64,000 nucleotides of DNA, from assembly GCA_964016885.1 (NCBI GenBank), contig OZ024743.1:89776001-89840000 (forward strand). Reading direction: 5' to 3'. The position numbers and the translations under genes were made by a program. Below, piece after piece: positions 12,455-27,625 of the stretch. Positions within the stretch are counted from its first letter, which is position 1; each line of letters begins with the position of its first letter. The notes under the pieces are model-generated. The model was not told the origin of the DNA. It made no database searches and saw only the letters and a program-made list of their open reading frames with translations. This DNA is from Eledone cirrhosa (Eukaryota).

Positions 12455-12466
12455 CGAGAGAGAGAG

Positions 12467-12545
<79 letters not shown>

Positions 12546-12617
12546 CACACACATACATACATGTGTGTGTATGTATATATATATATATATATATAGCGAG
12601 AGAGAGATGTGTGTGTG

Positions 12618-12648
<31 letters not shown>

Positions 12649-12689
12649 ATTTGTGAGTGTGTATGTATATATATATGTATGTATATAGG

Positions 12690-12722
<33 letters not shown>

Positions 12723-12788
12723 ATTTGTGAGTGTGTATGTATATATATATGTATGTATATAGGTATATATATATATATATATGTATAT

Positions 12789-12838
<50 letters not shown>

Positions 12839-12892
12839 GAGAGGGGGGTGAGAGAGGTGTAAAATACCGATATAAATGCTTTGTACGTGGTA

Positions 12893-13215
12893 ACTGGCAC
12901 TCCGTCGGTTACGACGACGAGTGTTCCAATTGATTCGGCCCACGCAACAGCTTGATCGTGAAATTAACGTACAAGTGGCTGAGCATTCCACAGGCAGGTG
13001 TACCTTTAATATACTTCTCAGAAAGATTCAGCGTAACACACAATGTGACAAGACTGGCCATTCGAATTACTGATACAACTCATTGTTGCCAGCTGATTGG
13101 ACTGGAGCAATATGAAATAAAGTGTCTTGCCCAACGACACAACATGCCGCCGGGAATCGAACTCAGCTATACGCTCATGAGCCAAATGCCCTACCCACTA
13201 AGCCACGCCTTCACA
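12893..13215 (-). mobile_element. tRNA-type SINE (family 2)
   Basis: Reverse complement has a tRNA-like head (gttcgattccc), gggcaagacact and tail gtcgtcgtaaccgacggagtgcca. Relatives at 36610-36955, 44335-44625, 46330-46560 and 50165-50260. Confidence 0.7.
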
Positions 13216-13742
13216 TGTTGTACGTATATACATAAACACACAGCTATTTATATCTGACTTTATTCTGCATATAGCTCGCCCTGCAGGACATTCCCATAAT
13301 CAGCTATCAATTAGAGATCTCAATGATTTCAGCAGCTCCTAATATTTTTGTTCGTCCAGCGGTGCCTAACAGCATCGATGTTACCAGGAAATGACCAGCC
13401 GTTATGGTCTACACTGTAGCACGATCTTTCTCCGTTATGCATGCTGGTACGACCAGGACTGCGATACTGTTGTAACTACTCCCATCATTGAGGTATTGTT
13501 ATGTTACATTATACTGAGAGTTTGCCCTCTGCTATCAGTTTCTGTACATGCTTCTTTTCTACAGCTGCAATGAAGTTTTTTCCATCTCTCTTATAGAAAC
13601 TAATTTATGTTTTGAATTGAATATAATAGTTTATAGCTGTGATATAATATAATAAAATCGCATGAATTTAAATCTGATTATAGAAATAAAATTTACATAT
13701 ATACTTGCCTAAAATTCAATTATGTGTATCCTTGTATTTTGA

Positions 13743-13981
13743 TCATGCTTTATTTTTATTTTTATTTTTATTTTTAATTTCATTCGCACCGTTTTCTTTC
13801 GCTATATGTCTCTCCACCACTCCCTTACACACCCCTTGAACTCTGTTCCCACACACTTCTCACCTGAGGAAGGGCTTATGCCCGAAACGTCGTTCCCCAC
13901 CACCACCCCACTCTCCAGAGCGTGAAATTAATAAACATTCGTTGTACTGCCTCTCTGTTTTGTTCCTGTTCAAATTTTTCC

Positions 13982-13982
<1 letters not shown>
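13743..13982 (+). mobile_element. ~240-bp PLE-like terminal repeat with HHR-like core; near-identical inverted copy at 27645-27886
   Basis: CTGAGGA-a-gggc-ttat-gccc-GAAACGTC at 13864-13891; ends at (TA)n. Confidence 0.65.
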
Positions 13983-14078
<96 letters not shown>

Positions 14079-14173
14079 ATATGTATATATATATGTATGT
14101 ATATATGTATATATATATGTACATATATATATATATGTATGTATATATGTATATATATATGTACATATATATA

Positions 14174-14207
<34 letters not shown>

Positions 14208-14459
14208 CTGTATATATGTGTATATATATATGTGTATATATATATATGTGTGTATATATGTATATATATATATACTGTATATATGTGTATATATATATGT
14301 ATATATATATATGTGTATATATATATGTATATATATATATGTATATATATATATGTGTATATATATATGTATATATATATATGTATATATATATATGTAT
14401 ATATATATAGGTACATATATATATGTATATATATATATGTATATATATATATGTATACA

Positions 14460-14720
14460 GGTCACCAGTTGGTGCTACTGGTAACATGTATCCCAGTACA
14501 ACCTGTCTCATGGTTGGGTCGTTGGCGACTAAACTGGCAACCCCACCAAGGTTTCTTGGTGAGGAGGGTGACTTTGGACATCCTGCAGGACTAAGAACAA
14601 AACCTGTCAAAGGGCAAAGGAGCTCTTAAGTGTCAATGGCCATCCAAAATCACCGGGAGAGATGACCCCTTACCCTTTGTCAAGGCAGAATTCTAGGAGA
14701 AGGAAAACTCTGATATAACA
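14460..14720 (+). mobile_element. 5' UTR-like fragment of RTE LINE
   Basis: gtaacatgtatcccagtacaacctg..catggttgggtcgttggcgactaaactggcaaccc matches the reverse complement of 42058-42120, upstream of the RTE ORF. Confidence 0.55.
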
Positions 14721-15152
14721 CCCGCAACTCTGATGGTATCCAATGATGTTGACTTGTTCTTCTTTTTGGTAAATATCATCTTGGTTAAGAGAGTGGGACT
14801 GGCTTTGTGCAGTGCCTTTGCTCACTATAAAAGCTTCACGGCACAGGCATTTTTTTATATCTGGAGATCTCTCTGCACTTGTCATCACATGGTATCATGG
14901 GCCCAGCACTATGTGTCAATATTTGTCACAAGTGTAGTGTTTGTACCAGAGTTTTCAAGTCGCTGTCTGGACTAAAAAGTCACACTCGTTCAGCGCATCG
15001 GTAGGAGTTCTCCTACATGGATATAAAGTAGTGGCCGTACTCGAAAACGAGTTGGCAGCCACCATATGTATATATATATGTATATATGTATATATCTATC
15101 TCTCTATATATATATGTATATATATATATGTATATATATGTCTATCTATCTA

Positions 15153-15188
<36 letters not shown>

Positions 15189-15839
15189 AATGATAAATAT
15201 ATATGTGTGTGTGTGTACAATGCTTTTATCTACTATCATACTACCGACATTAACTAAAAAGCTGTTTGAATTTATTAATGACAACATATATGTACGTGTT
15301 ATGTTGCATTGTGAACAGAGTCGTTTCTATTATCTTGATTAAAAAAGCTTATGCAATTACATATAGGATTGTTGAATGAAAGAGTGGAATTGTAGGTCAG
15401 CATTTCTATGGAAATAATTACGTTGGATATATTTTATAATTCAATTAGATGTGACAATAGTTTGATACTATTTAATAAAATATATTAACGGACAGGTGAA
15501 ATTAATGGAGATATAATTTCACCTGTCTTTAGCTATCGGTGAATCTTTCTTTTATTCAAGATATGCTTTTCCATATCATATTTTCCGGTATATATGGCAC
15601 GCCTTTTTTTAAATCTTCCCCCCAAATCACCCAGCGCTTTATAAGCTGAAGGTCAGGTTTTAGCTAAGCTTAGGCTACTGACAAGTGTTAGTTTTATTGT
15701 TGTGGTAGGCCTAAAAGTTTCGATCTTTAGAATGATTAACGATAGAAAAATTGTGGTGTGCATTATATGCTCGTGCACCTTATAGGCCCGAAAATGCGGT
15801 ATTTGATTTTCTATGATATATATTTCTGTAAGAATGTGA

Positions 15840-16150
15840 AAGCGCTCAGCCTAGTATTTAGGATCATGGTTTCGATTCCCAGACTGCGCGGCATGTTGTG
15901 TTCTGTCCTTGAACAAGACACTTCTCTTCCCGTTGGTCCGGTCCAGTCAGTCTAAATAAATGAGGACCAGCATCAGCAGCTGGAAGTTAACTCTACAGTC
16001 GTCTAGTGTCTTGTCCAGGAGTTAGTCTAATTCTACAATGGTTGGGCGTATTATCTAGGAGATAGTCTTGTACACTGTCTCGCTTAACGGCAATGATACT
16101 GTAATAAATTCTTGACTAGTGAGCCTCTAGGTTTAGAACAGACTTTAACT
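15840..16150 (+). mobile_element. Degenerate tRNA-type SINE
   Basis: ggtttcgattccc followed by tgtccttgaacaagacactt. Confidence 0.55.
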
Positions 16151-17024
16151 GAACTATATTATACGTCTATAAAGTATGGGAAATATTTGCTTAGGTATGC
16201 CTTATACCTAAACATATATATAGGTTTTACCCATATAAATGTTTATTGAATTATTTTTTGCGTGACTAATATCTAGCTATAGAAATCTGCCATTTTTTTT
16301 ACGTTGACGTATATAGTCAGTTCACTATGACATATAATCAATTCACTAAAAGGTACTGTAGAATATTTTACACCCATATATACACGTATACTTTGAAATA
16401 GTAATTAGCAGGGGGAAAGGCACACCCAAAATTATGCAGCAACGCACATATACCATGACACACCCACTTAAAATAACTATCCATGATTTTTTTTTCTTTT
16501 CAGACCCGATGCCCAAAAGGTTTCGACTCTATATGAGTCAAATATGGTTTCTAATTTTTGCACAAGGACAGCAATTTAGAGAGAAATGGAAAGTCGATCA
16601 TATATACTTCAGTACCTGACTGATACTTTTTCATCGACCACGGAAGGATAAAAAGCAAAGTTGACCTCGGCGACGAGATTTGAACTCAGAACTTAGATTG
16701 CCTAAATGCCGCAAAGCATTTTGTCCAAAAACTCTACAGATACTGCCAATTCAGTGAATTACTATTTTAATTTACCTTCAATATATTTGTTCTTTTCCTT
16801 CCCTTTGCCTCCTAGAAAGACCTTTTGAACTCCATAAATCAAAATTTAATTTTCTACCAACGTTTGCGAGTAAATCAGGTTTAGAAATATTCTCTCACAT
16901 ATGAAAATCCACCCATCTCCATAAATTTTGTTATAAACTTTCTTGTATATATATGTATAAACTCTTTATTTGATCATTGTTAGAATAGGTGTCGAAAGGC
17001 GAGACTGTCAGTGGCAATCATCCA

Positions 17025-17088
<64 letters not shown>

Positions 17089-17089
17089 C

Positions 17090-17248
17090 TATGAAAAAGT
17101 TTAACCCCGACGGCAGAGCTCAAGCTCTTTCGACGGCTCGAACTCTGCCGTCGGGGTTAAACTTTTTCCTATTTCTCACTCTACTACCCTAAGCATTGAG
17201 TACTCTGGTGCGTTATGGTCCATCTGGTTCTTTACCACACCTCCTTCG

Positions 17249-17270
<22 letters not shown>
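17090..17270. repeat. Family F fold-back element (short arms) + tail in (TA)n
   Basis: gaaaaagtttaaccccgacggcagag ... ctctgccgtcggggttaaactttttc. Confidence 0.85.
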
Positions 17271-17340
<70 letters not shown>

Positions 17341-18399
17341 TCTGAAGGGCAGACAGGCAGAGTACGTAATGTGAGTGTATTCATTTGAGGAAACGTGTGA
17401 ATTCGTGGGTGTGTGTGTATGTGTGCTGGTGTGTGAGTGTGTATGTGTGTATGTGTGTGCTGGTGTGAGTATGTGCTGGTGTATGTATGTGTGCTGGTAT
17501 GTGTGTGCGTGTATGTGTGTGTGTGCTGGTGTGTATGTGTGTGTGTGTGTGTGTAGTACAGCTGTTTTAGTTCATTTCAAATTATTCTATCAGAGCGAAC
17601 AAACAGTGTTTGTTTTGTTTTGAATTTCAAGGTTATATGTCGACTGTAGGAACTGTGGCTAGCAAGAGTATCTACCACTTCTAATTAGTGAGTGTCATTT
17701 AATTTTAATTGGTTCACCAACTAATCGTAAACAAAGTGGCTGTTACGAAAACCTTACTACTTTTACATTGTAGATTATGATGACCTTTGGCAAAGGTCAT
17801 CCAGCCGATATTGTAACTATTACCAGTTCGGAAATCCTACTTACCTAAGATAAACGTCAGAAAAAGAATGAACGAAAGTAAATAAAAGGAAGAAATGGTA
17901 AGAAAATTAAAAAAAGCGACACAATAAATAAATATGTACTTGAGGAAATATTTTAATCCCTGCTTTTTCTTGACTATGACTTATGCTCCCTATGTTTATT
18001 CGTTCCTTTGTAAAGTTAAATATTCTTACCTGTAGATGTATATACATTTGTAACACTAAACCACAACTTCACTCGTGAACAAACTTTAGAAAAAACTATC
18101 ATGTTAAACTCACAGTGATAAGACTACACAAGAGTTTAGGCTTCCTTCTACTTTAGGGACTGAATATATTGAACATTGATCCTCTAAAAAAACATAAACG
18201 TTATTTATATTAAAGTTCTGCTTTACACATCGGGACAGTGATGCTGCTATACACATTAACATCCATCGACCATATTTAAAAAGAGACCATAAGAACATTT
18301 TTATCGCCTCTACTGAAATGCATCCACCTCTCTTTCGCTTATTATCGTCGTTAAGACTCAAAAAAGCACATCAGGCGCTAAAAAAAAAATCAAGATTAT

Positions 18400-18810
18400 G
18401 CTGATTGTTTCTTTCGGGTACAGAGACGTTGTGCATCACGAATACTCACCAGAAGGACAAACAGTTACAAAGGAGCGCTATTGGAAACTCTCCCGACGGT
18501 TTCGTGATGCAGTTCAGCGCAAAAAAAAACTGGATCTTTGAGCCTCGCAAAACTGGCAACAGCATCATGAAAAAACCTCGGCTCATTCATCGTAACTGGT
18601 CCAAATTTTTGTTGACTAAGAAAGGCTTTTTGGTCATTTACCAGAATACGTAGTCTCCAGATATTGCTTCTTCTTGAGAACTACCAACACATCATACCGA
18701 CTGTGAAGGCGGAACTGAGACTCATTCCGGAAGAAGAATTTCAAATGTGCTTCGAACTGTGGAAGGATCGTTTGGCTCGGTGCACAAAGGACCTACTTCA
18801 ATGTTGATGT
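18400..18810 (+). pseudogene. Degenerate mariner transposase remnant
   Basis: Broken reading VHHEYSPEGQTVTKERY..RRFRDAVQRK..SPDIA..IPEEEFQMCFELWKDR. Confidence 0.7.
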
Positions 18811-19039
18811 ACAATTAAACTCCGCCAAGTAGGTAATATTTTCCCACACAAATCTCTCTCTCTATATATAATGCATAACTAATGAAATGATTAAGCGATC
18901 CACAATTCAAGAAATGACATAATACATTTAGAATGTGCAGGGAAAAATATATTTTATTCGTTGAGAACTAAGTCTTACGTGTTATAACTTGTTTCACTAC
19001 TTAATAAAGTTAAGGGTGTTTGAGTACGTGTATATATAT

Positions 19040-19172
<133 letters not shown>

Positions 19173-19184
19173 AACCGAACCTCA

Positions 19185-21420
19185 ATACGTCCGAAACTTC
19201 TATACAAGACCACACAAAAACAGGGGAAATGCCATTGGATATAATAATACCTTTGAAAAAACATTCCAGAAAAATCATTTTTTAGACAAAGGCTACAGGA
19301 CCCACGACACCCGGTGGCACAAACCGATTTTGAAAAACCGAAAATAATCAACCTTTCAAATACAAACCTCTCAGCCCAACAAGTAAAAATTCTCTCCAAA
19401 GGACTGAAATTCACACCAACACCACAATACTCTAACCTCAATGAGATAAATGACGATATCTCACACTTCTGTAGAAAATTAGGTCTCACAGAGGAATTCT
19501 TTGACAAGGAGAATAACGACCAATCAATTGTACGGAATAAAAGCAGCTACAATCCAACAAAAGGTAGAAACAGAGTTCTAGACAAATTTTGTGACCACAT
19601 AGCAACTTTCCCATACCATGAACTACCGCAACCTAAACCCAAACCCAACACGAGTCGAAGGGAATGGGAGATTATCCATGAACTAAAAAACAATACGGAC
19701 ATTATAATTAAGGAAGCGGACAAGGGAAGTACTGTTGTCATTATGGATGCTGAAAAATATAAAAATTCTATGTTCTCTCTCTTACAAAATACTAATGACT
19801 ATGAAAGAGTAAAAAACTACCAGCAATCAAAAACAATGACCAGATTAAACACACTGATTTGTCGATACCAGGAAGGCTTAACTAAAAAGGAACGCGACTA
19901 TTTAACACATTTTGAATACAAAACCAGCAACCTTTACGGACTTCCAAAGATCCACAAGTGTAAAATAATTAACGATGCCTGTAAACAATCCACCTCAGCC
20001 TGCGTGAACACACAATACCCCACAGACCTTAAATTAAGACCAATTGTAGCGGGCCCACAATGTGAAACACACAGACTGAGCAACTTTATAGACATACTAC
20101 TAAAACCAATTCTCAAACACATACCAAGCCTTGTAAGAGACGATCTGGACCTCTTAAACCACCTCCCCAAACATGTCAACAACGACACTATTATTGTGTC
20201 TTTCGATGTAGTAAATCTCTACACAACGATCCCACACCAATACGGACTAGAAGCAATAGGATTCTGGCTAGAGAAATATCCCAATGAGATACCTGGCAGA
20301 ATAGAAAAAAGCTTCATCACCGAGGGATTAAAATTTATCTTACAGAACAACTTTTTTGATTTCGATGGCAGTACTTACAAGCAAATATCGGGGACTGCGA
20401 TGGGTACAAAAGCCGTTCTAACTTATGCCAACTTAGTCATGGCATACTTAGAAGTCCAGATATATGAACAGTCCAAATCAAAATACGGATTGAACTTCCA
20501 CAAATACTTATCAGAGAATTGGAAACGCTACTTGGATGATTGTCTCATTCTTTGGTCCCACACACTCGACCAACTGAATGATTTCAAAAACTTAATAAAC
20601 GGCATCGAACCATCCAAAGCACACGAAGACGAACATTCCTTTTAACCTAGCAAGAAGAATTTGCACAATTGTCTACAATTATGAAACGCGAAATAAAAGA
20701 CTTCAAGAAGTAAAGGAAATTCTACTCAAAAGACAGTACCCACCATTACTGGAATAGAGAGGGCTAAAGCAATAGGCATTGATGAATTACGAAAACAGAA
20801 ACAAATTCAAGGTACGTCCAATATTCTATCATATATCTCAACACAACCCAAGAAATGCGGAAGCTTACAACACTATTCACAAGAACATCCCACTACTGAA
20901 ACAAGACCCAAGAATGAAAAAAACCCTTGAAACACACAAAATAATCAAAAGCAAAAGACAACCGAAATCACTGAAAACATTACTCACCAATGCCAAATTA
21001 CCTACCACAAACCCACAACCAACTGTCAAAAAATGTGGTCGCTCTAATTGTGAAACCTGCACTCCCCTCATTGAAGGCAACACGTATACATTTAAATCAG
21101 GACAAAATTTTGCTGTAAAAAATCACTTCACTTGCTCATCAAAAAATCTAATTTATGCCATTAAATGTAAAGGAGGCAATGAAGATTATATAGGACAAAC
21201 TAAACTCACACTCAGAAACAGAATGACAGTTCATCGCCAACAATTACGAGATCCAACCACGAGACAGATACCACTAAGCGCACATCTAGACATATGCGCA
21301 AGTAATAAGACACCCAAATTCCAAGTCTTCCCATTTTACCTTTGCGCTGACAATACAACAGAACAAATACGAATAAATAACGAAAATATGTTCATTCAAA
21401 AATATTCCTACTAACGGAAT
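19185..21420 (+). mobile_element. Penelope-like retroelement (Neptune-like), RT + GIY-YIG, disrupted
   Basis: LSKGLKFTP, IIIKEADKG, LYGLPKIHK, RPIVAG, SFDVVNLYT, GTAMG, RYLDD; Cys linker CGRSNCETC; NLIYAIKC..YIGQT. Internal deletion/frameshift near 20610. Confidence 0.92.
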
Positions 21421-22320
21421 CATTTTCCTACACACACACACACAATATATATATATATATATATTCTCTTCATCTTAACATGCTAACTACACTCCCACAC
21501 ACACATAACACCCATAACCCCCCCCCCCCCCCCACACACACACAACTCCCTCCCCCATTTCTACTAATAGAATCACTTCCTACACACATATACACACAAA
21601 ATATATATATTCTCTCCATCTTAACATACTCCCCCCCCCCCCATACACACACACATAACACCCATATACACACACACATACACAACTCCCTCCCCCATTT
21701 CTACTAATAGAATCATCTTCCTATACACACACACACCCGCATACACACACACACACAAGCACACAAATAAACATACATACCTTTACTTTCTTTATTTCAA
21801 TAGACAATCTGAATTCTGACACCCCAGCGAACTAACCATATTCACTGAACCAGAACAATTCTCCCATCCCATTTCTCTTGACCATTATCTTTCGTTTGTC
21901 ATAAAATTCTCTAAAAGGCTACAAAATAAATTCCCAAATACGGACGCGAATTTAATGAACTTGTTCACGTGACAGCCATAATTTCATTTATAACCAATCA
22001 AATTACATTTATAAAAAAAAGCCTTCGTGAGCCCCTTTTTTTAAGTAAGAAGAAATTCAAACACTCATATATGAAAAAACAACCTGAGGCCCCCCCCCCC
22101 TTAATTACTTATTTATTTGTATACACGCACACACACACACGCATATGTATATGTGCGTGGTTTTGTATACCTATGGCGAGTGTTTTTGCGTATGCTTGTG
22201 TATGTACGTATTTGGATGCATGTATGTATTTATTTAATTTCAATTACCTCTGTATTGTATTTTATTTACTTTATTCTTAACTCTGAAGCGGAGAACCATT
22301 CGGTTTCCTAGTTAGAATTT

Positions 22321-22595
22321 TAGTCTACGACTTCAGCTATACCATTTACGTGGTTTTGTCTTTGCGTGCAATTGTTCTCCATGCTCCACATATGACGTAT
22401 TATCTTCGTTTTTTTTTTGTTCTTTGCCAGAGAACGTCTCTATGAACCACCTAAGAGAACATTAGTCTACGACTTCTTTTATACCATATAAACGTGGTTC
22501 TGTCTTTGCGTGTAATTGTTTTTCACCGCTCCTATTAATGACGTATTATATTCGTTTTTTCCCGTTCTTTGCCAGGGAACGATTCCACGAACCAA
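22321..22595 (+). repeat. Two tandem ~142-bp imperfect direct repeats
   Basis: tagtctacgacttc...ttctttgccag..aac occurs twice. Confidence 0.75.
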
Positions 22596-22624
22596 AGTAT
22601 CGTCTTCCTGTCTTCCTCCGGTTG

Positions 22625-22825
22625 CAACGTTTTTTGAAATATCCACTTCTGCGTTTACAGATTGACTTTGTTAGTTTCAGAAGATCCCGTTAAGGGTGAA
22701 AGCAGCGATTCTTTGCTTAAACTTTAATCTGTTATTTTAATAATTTTTTTCTCTCCGGTTCTTATATATTTGATATATATTTATCCTTATCGAGCCCTCT
22801 TTGGATTTTAGTCTTCAAATTTATT
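22625..22825 (+). repeat. Dispersed ~200-bp repeat, second copy at 50713-50912
   Basis: gtttcagaagatcccgttaagggtgaaagcagcg...tcttcaaattta is nearly identical in both copies. Confidence 0.85.
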
Positions 22826-23253
22826 ATTATTACTATATATATATATATATATATATATAGCTACTGAAAAATACAAAAACCTAGTGGCAATTGTGAGCAG
22901 CTTTCATTGAAAAAAAAGGAGGGGGTATTCATTTCATATACGATTATACGTGTGTGTATATATATATGACAGATAACTTTCCCCCTCGGAAAGCCCCCCA
23001 ATTGATGGATGCAAAATCCGAAATATAGGGACAATTAAATCTCTCCCAATCTCGTGTTACTTTTATTTTTATTTTTACGCTCTTTCCTACGTTCCTCTAC
23101 ACACTATACGTCCCATTCTACATTTCCTCTTACATCTCTCTCTTAACCACCGGATTCTGTTACCCGGAGATTTACCCATCTGCATTGTTGAGGCTTCCAA
23201 AACGACCAAATTTGATATTATTCCACGATACTTCAAGCAAACTTCAATACTCT

Positions 23254-23331
<78 letters not shown>

Positions 23332-23332
23332 T

Positions 23333-24168
23333 TTACGACGACATGGTGTTGCTTAACTCAGCAGAAGAAGATCTCCGACTTGCACTTAATAGGTTTGATG
23401 CCGAGTGTTGCATGGTTAGAATGAAAATCAGTACTGCAAAAACTGAAACACTCGTCCTCTCAAGGAAACCTGAGCAGTGAACTCTACATGTGAATGGAAT
23501 TCCACTGAAGCAGGTGGTGAAGTTCAAGTATCTCGGAGCCGCGTTCATGATGGATTGAAACCAGAGGGATGAATTAAGTGCAAGTATTGCAGGAGCTGGT
23601 GCAGTAATGCGCCAGTTTCGGCATTCGGTAATCAGAAGAAGGGAGGTAGGTGTAAAAGCCACCATCTTCATTTCAGTATTTGTCCCAAACCTTAGTTATA
23701 GTCATGAATCTTGGGCAATGACCGAAAGAATATGATCGCGAATACAAGATGGAGTTCTATCGAAGGGTCTTTGGAGTAACATTACTTGATAGAGTGTGTA
23801 GCTCGGAGATCAGAGAGTCACTCAAGGTAGAGCTGCTACTTCTCCGAATTGAGAGATCACAACTCCGATACTATGGACATGTAGTTATGTAGTTAGGATG
23901 TCTCAGGAAAGAATCGCTGTACAGATTTTACAGGCAAAACAACCGATAGAAAACCCAGGGGTAAATCCCAAGCAAGATAGTTGGATAACATCTATGAGCT
24001 TGGTTGGTCACACTGGGGGATCCAGCCGGATCAGTTGGAAACTATTGCTTCTGACAGGACCCACTGGAAGGATTATTTGAAGACTCTGCACCCACGATTC
24101 TGCACCCAGGAGGAAGAAGAAGAAGAAGAAGAAGAAGAAGAAGAAGAAGAAGAAGAAGAAGAAGAAGA
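23333..24168 (+). mobile_element. 5'-truncated RTE-clade LINE with (GAA)n tail
   Basis: + strand reads DDMVLL..MKISTAKTETLV..KQVVKFKYLG..LSYSHESW; same 3' end as 130-417. Confidence 0.85.
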
Positions 24169-24414
24169 AATTCGATTAAATCTCTTCTTTAAGAAATCGA
24201 GATATAATATCTCACAATTAATTAACATCCATAGAGGAGTAAAAATTAGATAATTGCTTGCAAGTAAATGACAATTATGTATATGTTTTAGTCTATTAAA
24301 CCTCGTCAGCTTAATATGCTGAAGCCTGAGCAGTTGACAATATGTTCACAATGTTTTGTACTTTAATGTAAGCGGAAATAAACTATGTATATATATACAC
24401 ACACACACACACAC

Positions 24415-24466
<52 letters not shown>

Positions 24467-24606
24467 CGAAGGAAATGTGGTAAGGAACCAGGTGGACCAT
24501 AATATATATATATATATATATATATATACAAACATATATAGATATGTATAGACATACACACACACACATACATTATGTATACAAAAACGCACGGACACAC
24601 GTACGC

Positions 24607-24644
<38 letters not shown>

Positions 24645-24788
24645 ATATGTATATTATATACGCATATATATATATATATACATATAAATTGAGGGTATGA
24701 GATTAATCGTGTCTAAACAAGCACACATAGATATTCACATACATATAAACATTCACATACTCACCTACACACACCTACATACACACTG

Positions 24789-24821
<33 letters not shown>

Positions 24822-24989
24822 CACTTTCACATAAATATACACGTGTGAAAATCAAAGTGTAAAACATACCGTGAGATTCGTTTCAGCGCAAAGTAACGTT
24901 TAGATAGATTTAAGATATAATTCTGTTGTATGACTGCATCAGGTGGGAATACCCTACAGATGGGTGGGTGGACGTTGGATAGACGACGA

Positions 24990-25143
24990 GGGAGAGACAA
25001 TCAGATATAGAGGGGGGGGGGCAAATGTGACAGAAAGAGAGGGAAAGAGAGAGAGAGAAACAGTGAGTGACAGAAAGAGAGGGAGAGAGAGAAAGCAAGA
25101 TACAGAGAGGCACAGGGAGAGAGAGAGAGTGACAGAAAGAGAA

Positions 25144-25219
<76 letters not shown>

Positions 25220-25410
25220 GCAAAGAGAAAAAGAACAAGAGTGTCAGAAAGAGAGAGAGGGGGAGTGAGTAACAGCCGAGAGAGAGAAAGGGAGAGAGAG
25301 AGAAAGCAAGATACAGAGAGAGAGAGAGAGAGAGAGATAGAGGCAGAGATAGAAAGAACAAGAGTGACAGAAAGGGAGAGAGAGAGAGAGAGAGCAAGAG
25401 AGAAAGAGGT
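24990..25410. repeat. (GA)-rich compound microsatellite/minisatellite
   Basis: Visible low-complexity purine tract. Confidence 0.9.
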
Positions 25411-25579
25411 GGTGGTAGTGGTGGTGAAGTAAACACGACTACAGCAGCGATTTCTAGATTGAGACAGCTGTAGACAATTACTAAACAAATTCGATTTTCA
25501 TTAAATATATTCCACGTTGTAACAACCCCATATTTCCCTCCACCCCTTTACCACTCTTTGTCCCTTTCTCTTCCTCTAC

Positions 25580-25680
<101 letters not shown>

Positions 25681-25818
25681 CCTGATGATTTCTGATGATT
25701 TCTAATGAATGAAACAGTTCTAGTCCTGTAGAATCTCATCTATATTAAAACTTTTATACTCTGCTATGTATTGAGTACCTTACTTACTGTGGTTACCTCC
25801 GATTCAACCCGGAATAAC

Positions 25819-25857
<39 letters not shown>

Positions 25858-26137
25858 ACTAACACAGGGATATGTGTGGATATATTCATGCATATGTATG
25901 TGTCCGCATGTATCTGTGTGTTTCTATATATTGTGTATATATATATATATATAAACTCGGGTCCGGGAACCTTATAGGTACCCGTTTCACGTGTGTTGTG
26001 TTGAGGCAAATAACTATGTGTATACTCTGGTAATGTATCTTACATTGCCCATGGAGTGCGCTGAGATACAACCGGTACTGGCATTGATAAATATGCTGGG
26101 TCCGTCAACCCTTATTATATATATATATATATATATG

Positions 26138-27625
26138 CAAAAGTTTTATTTAAAATTGTTGGGTTACAACAAGTAAATATTTTATAACTGATATAAAGCA
26201 CTCAACAAGTTTTGGAGTAGATATACAATATTAAACAAATGGAAACTATATTTATAAAACCATATTTATTTCATTATACATATTTCAGGGATACCATATT
26301 AAAAATATGGCATGCCTTCTTCAGATAAAATACAATAGTGTGCAAAGGCAATATGTATTAATATGAATATGGAATGATTACAGAGTATTTTCTATTTTAT
26401 CTGTTTATTTTATATGTCCATGTACATATATGTGCGCACGCATATATATATATATATGTATGTGTGGCTATAGTTCTGGATATGTTACAGATATGCATAA
26501 TATTCTATACATGAACGATAATCATGTATGTGAGGGCAGGAATATTAATATTAATATATATTTTTATGTATATATATGTATGTATATATATATATAGTAA
26601 AATCTTTTATAACACAAGGGAAAATTTTTTCCTGTGAAATAAGAAATTACAGAGTTGATCACGTAAGATCACGGGTATGTCTATAGTGTCAACTAGAACT
26701 TGAGATGACCTTCTCTTTTTCTCTTTCTTTCCTTTTCTGGAAAGTACATATATACTTATGTATTTCCGTATTTTTTGAAGTTTTATCTCAGTTTTTGGTA
26801 CATCGACCTAAGAATTTTTAAACTAAACATATGGTCATTATTTTTCACACATTATATATCTATGTCTCATTCATGAATATTGATATTTACATTATAATAC
26901 CCAATTCATATGAATTGATAATTCAAATTGATAGGACATAACATAAAGTTGTAAATCTATCATCCTTCTCTCTAGATATAGCTCTTTCTTCTCCTCCCTC
27001 TTTATACATGATGAAATTTAAGTATCGGTTATTTTAACTTTGCCTCTCGAGCTTCTCTCTTGTTTTTTCTCTTACTTCTCTCCTATTTCTCTCACCTCCC
27101 CATATATAATTATTATTATTTGGTCTACCTCTTTTCCCCCCACCTCTATCTTTCTCTACCTCTCTGTTTTCTCTTTATTTATTTTTTATTTCTCTCCGTC
27201 TCCTTAACACTATAACTAAATAATTACAGTACTCCCTCCCTCCTAAATCTCTCAATTTGTATGATGAATTATTATTGTTCATCTGTTGCCTCAGCTGCCT
27301 CTCATTTTTCACCTCCTCACTATTTCTCTCTCCCCTATCTCTCTCTATCTCTCTCTGTTTTTCTTTACATACATTTCTTCCTTTTCTCCGTCTTTCTTTC
27401 TAACTGTGCTTAACACTAAATATTTATAAACATCTCACTACCAAACCAACTTCTTAAATAAAAGTTGATCAATATTTATGGTACGTCAAATTTATTTATA
27501 AAACTGCTTATATATTGTATTTTATCTGAAGAAGGCATGCCATATTTTTAATATTGTATCCCTGAAATATGTATAATGAAATAAATATGGTTTTATAAAT
27601 ATAGTTTCCATTTGTTTAATATCGT
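26138..27625. mobile_element. Family A element: inverted arms 26138-26337 / 27513-27625 with ~1.15-kb spacer; HHRs at 26267-26332(-) and 27518-27583(+)
   Basis: tattttat-CTGAAGA-aggcatgccatatt/aatat(g/t)gtatccct-GAAA-tatgta-TA-atgaaata in both arms. Confidence 0.8.

Noticed and set aside
12339-14610. Long [20 protein letters not shown] ORFs here and throughout the window
   Set aside because: These are translations of stop-free dinucleotide microsatellites, open in several frames and on both strands.
25682-25740. HHR-like strings here and at 12345-12385, 36180-36225 and 53960-54002
   Set aside because: Core or stem I is too degenerate to support by eye; possibly decayed copies.
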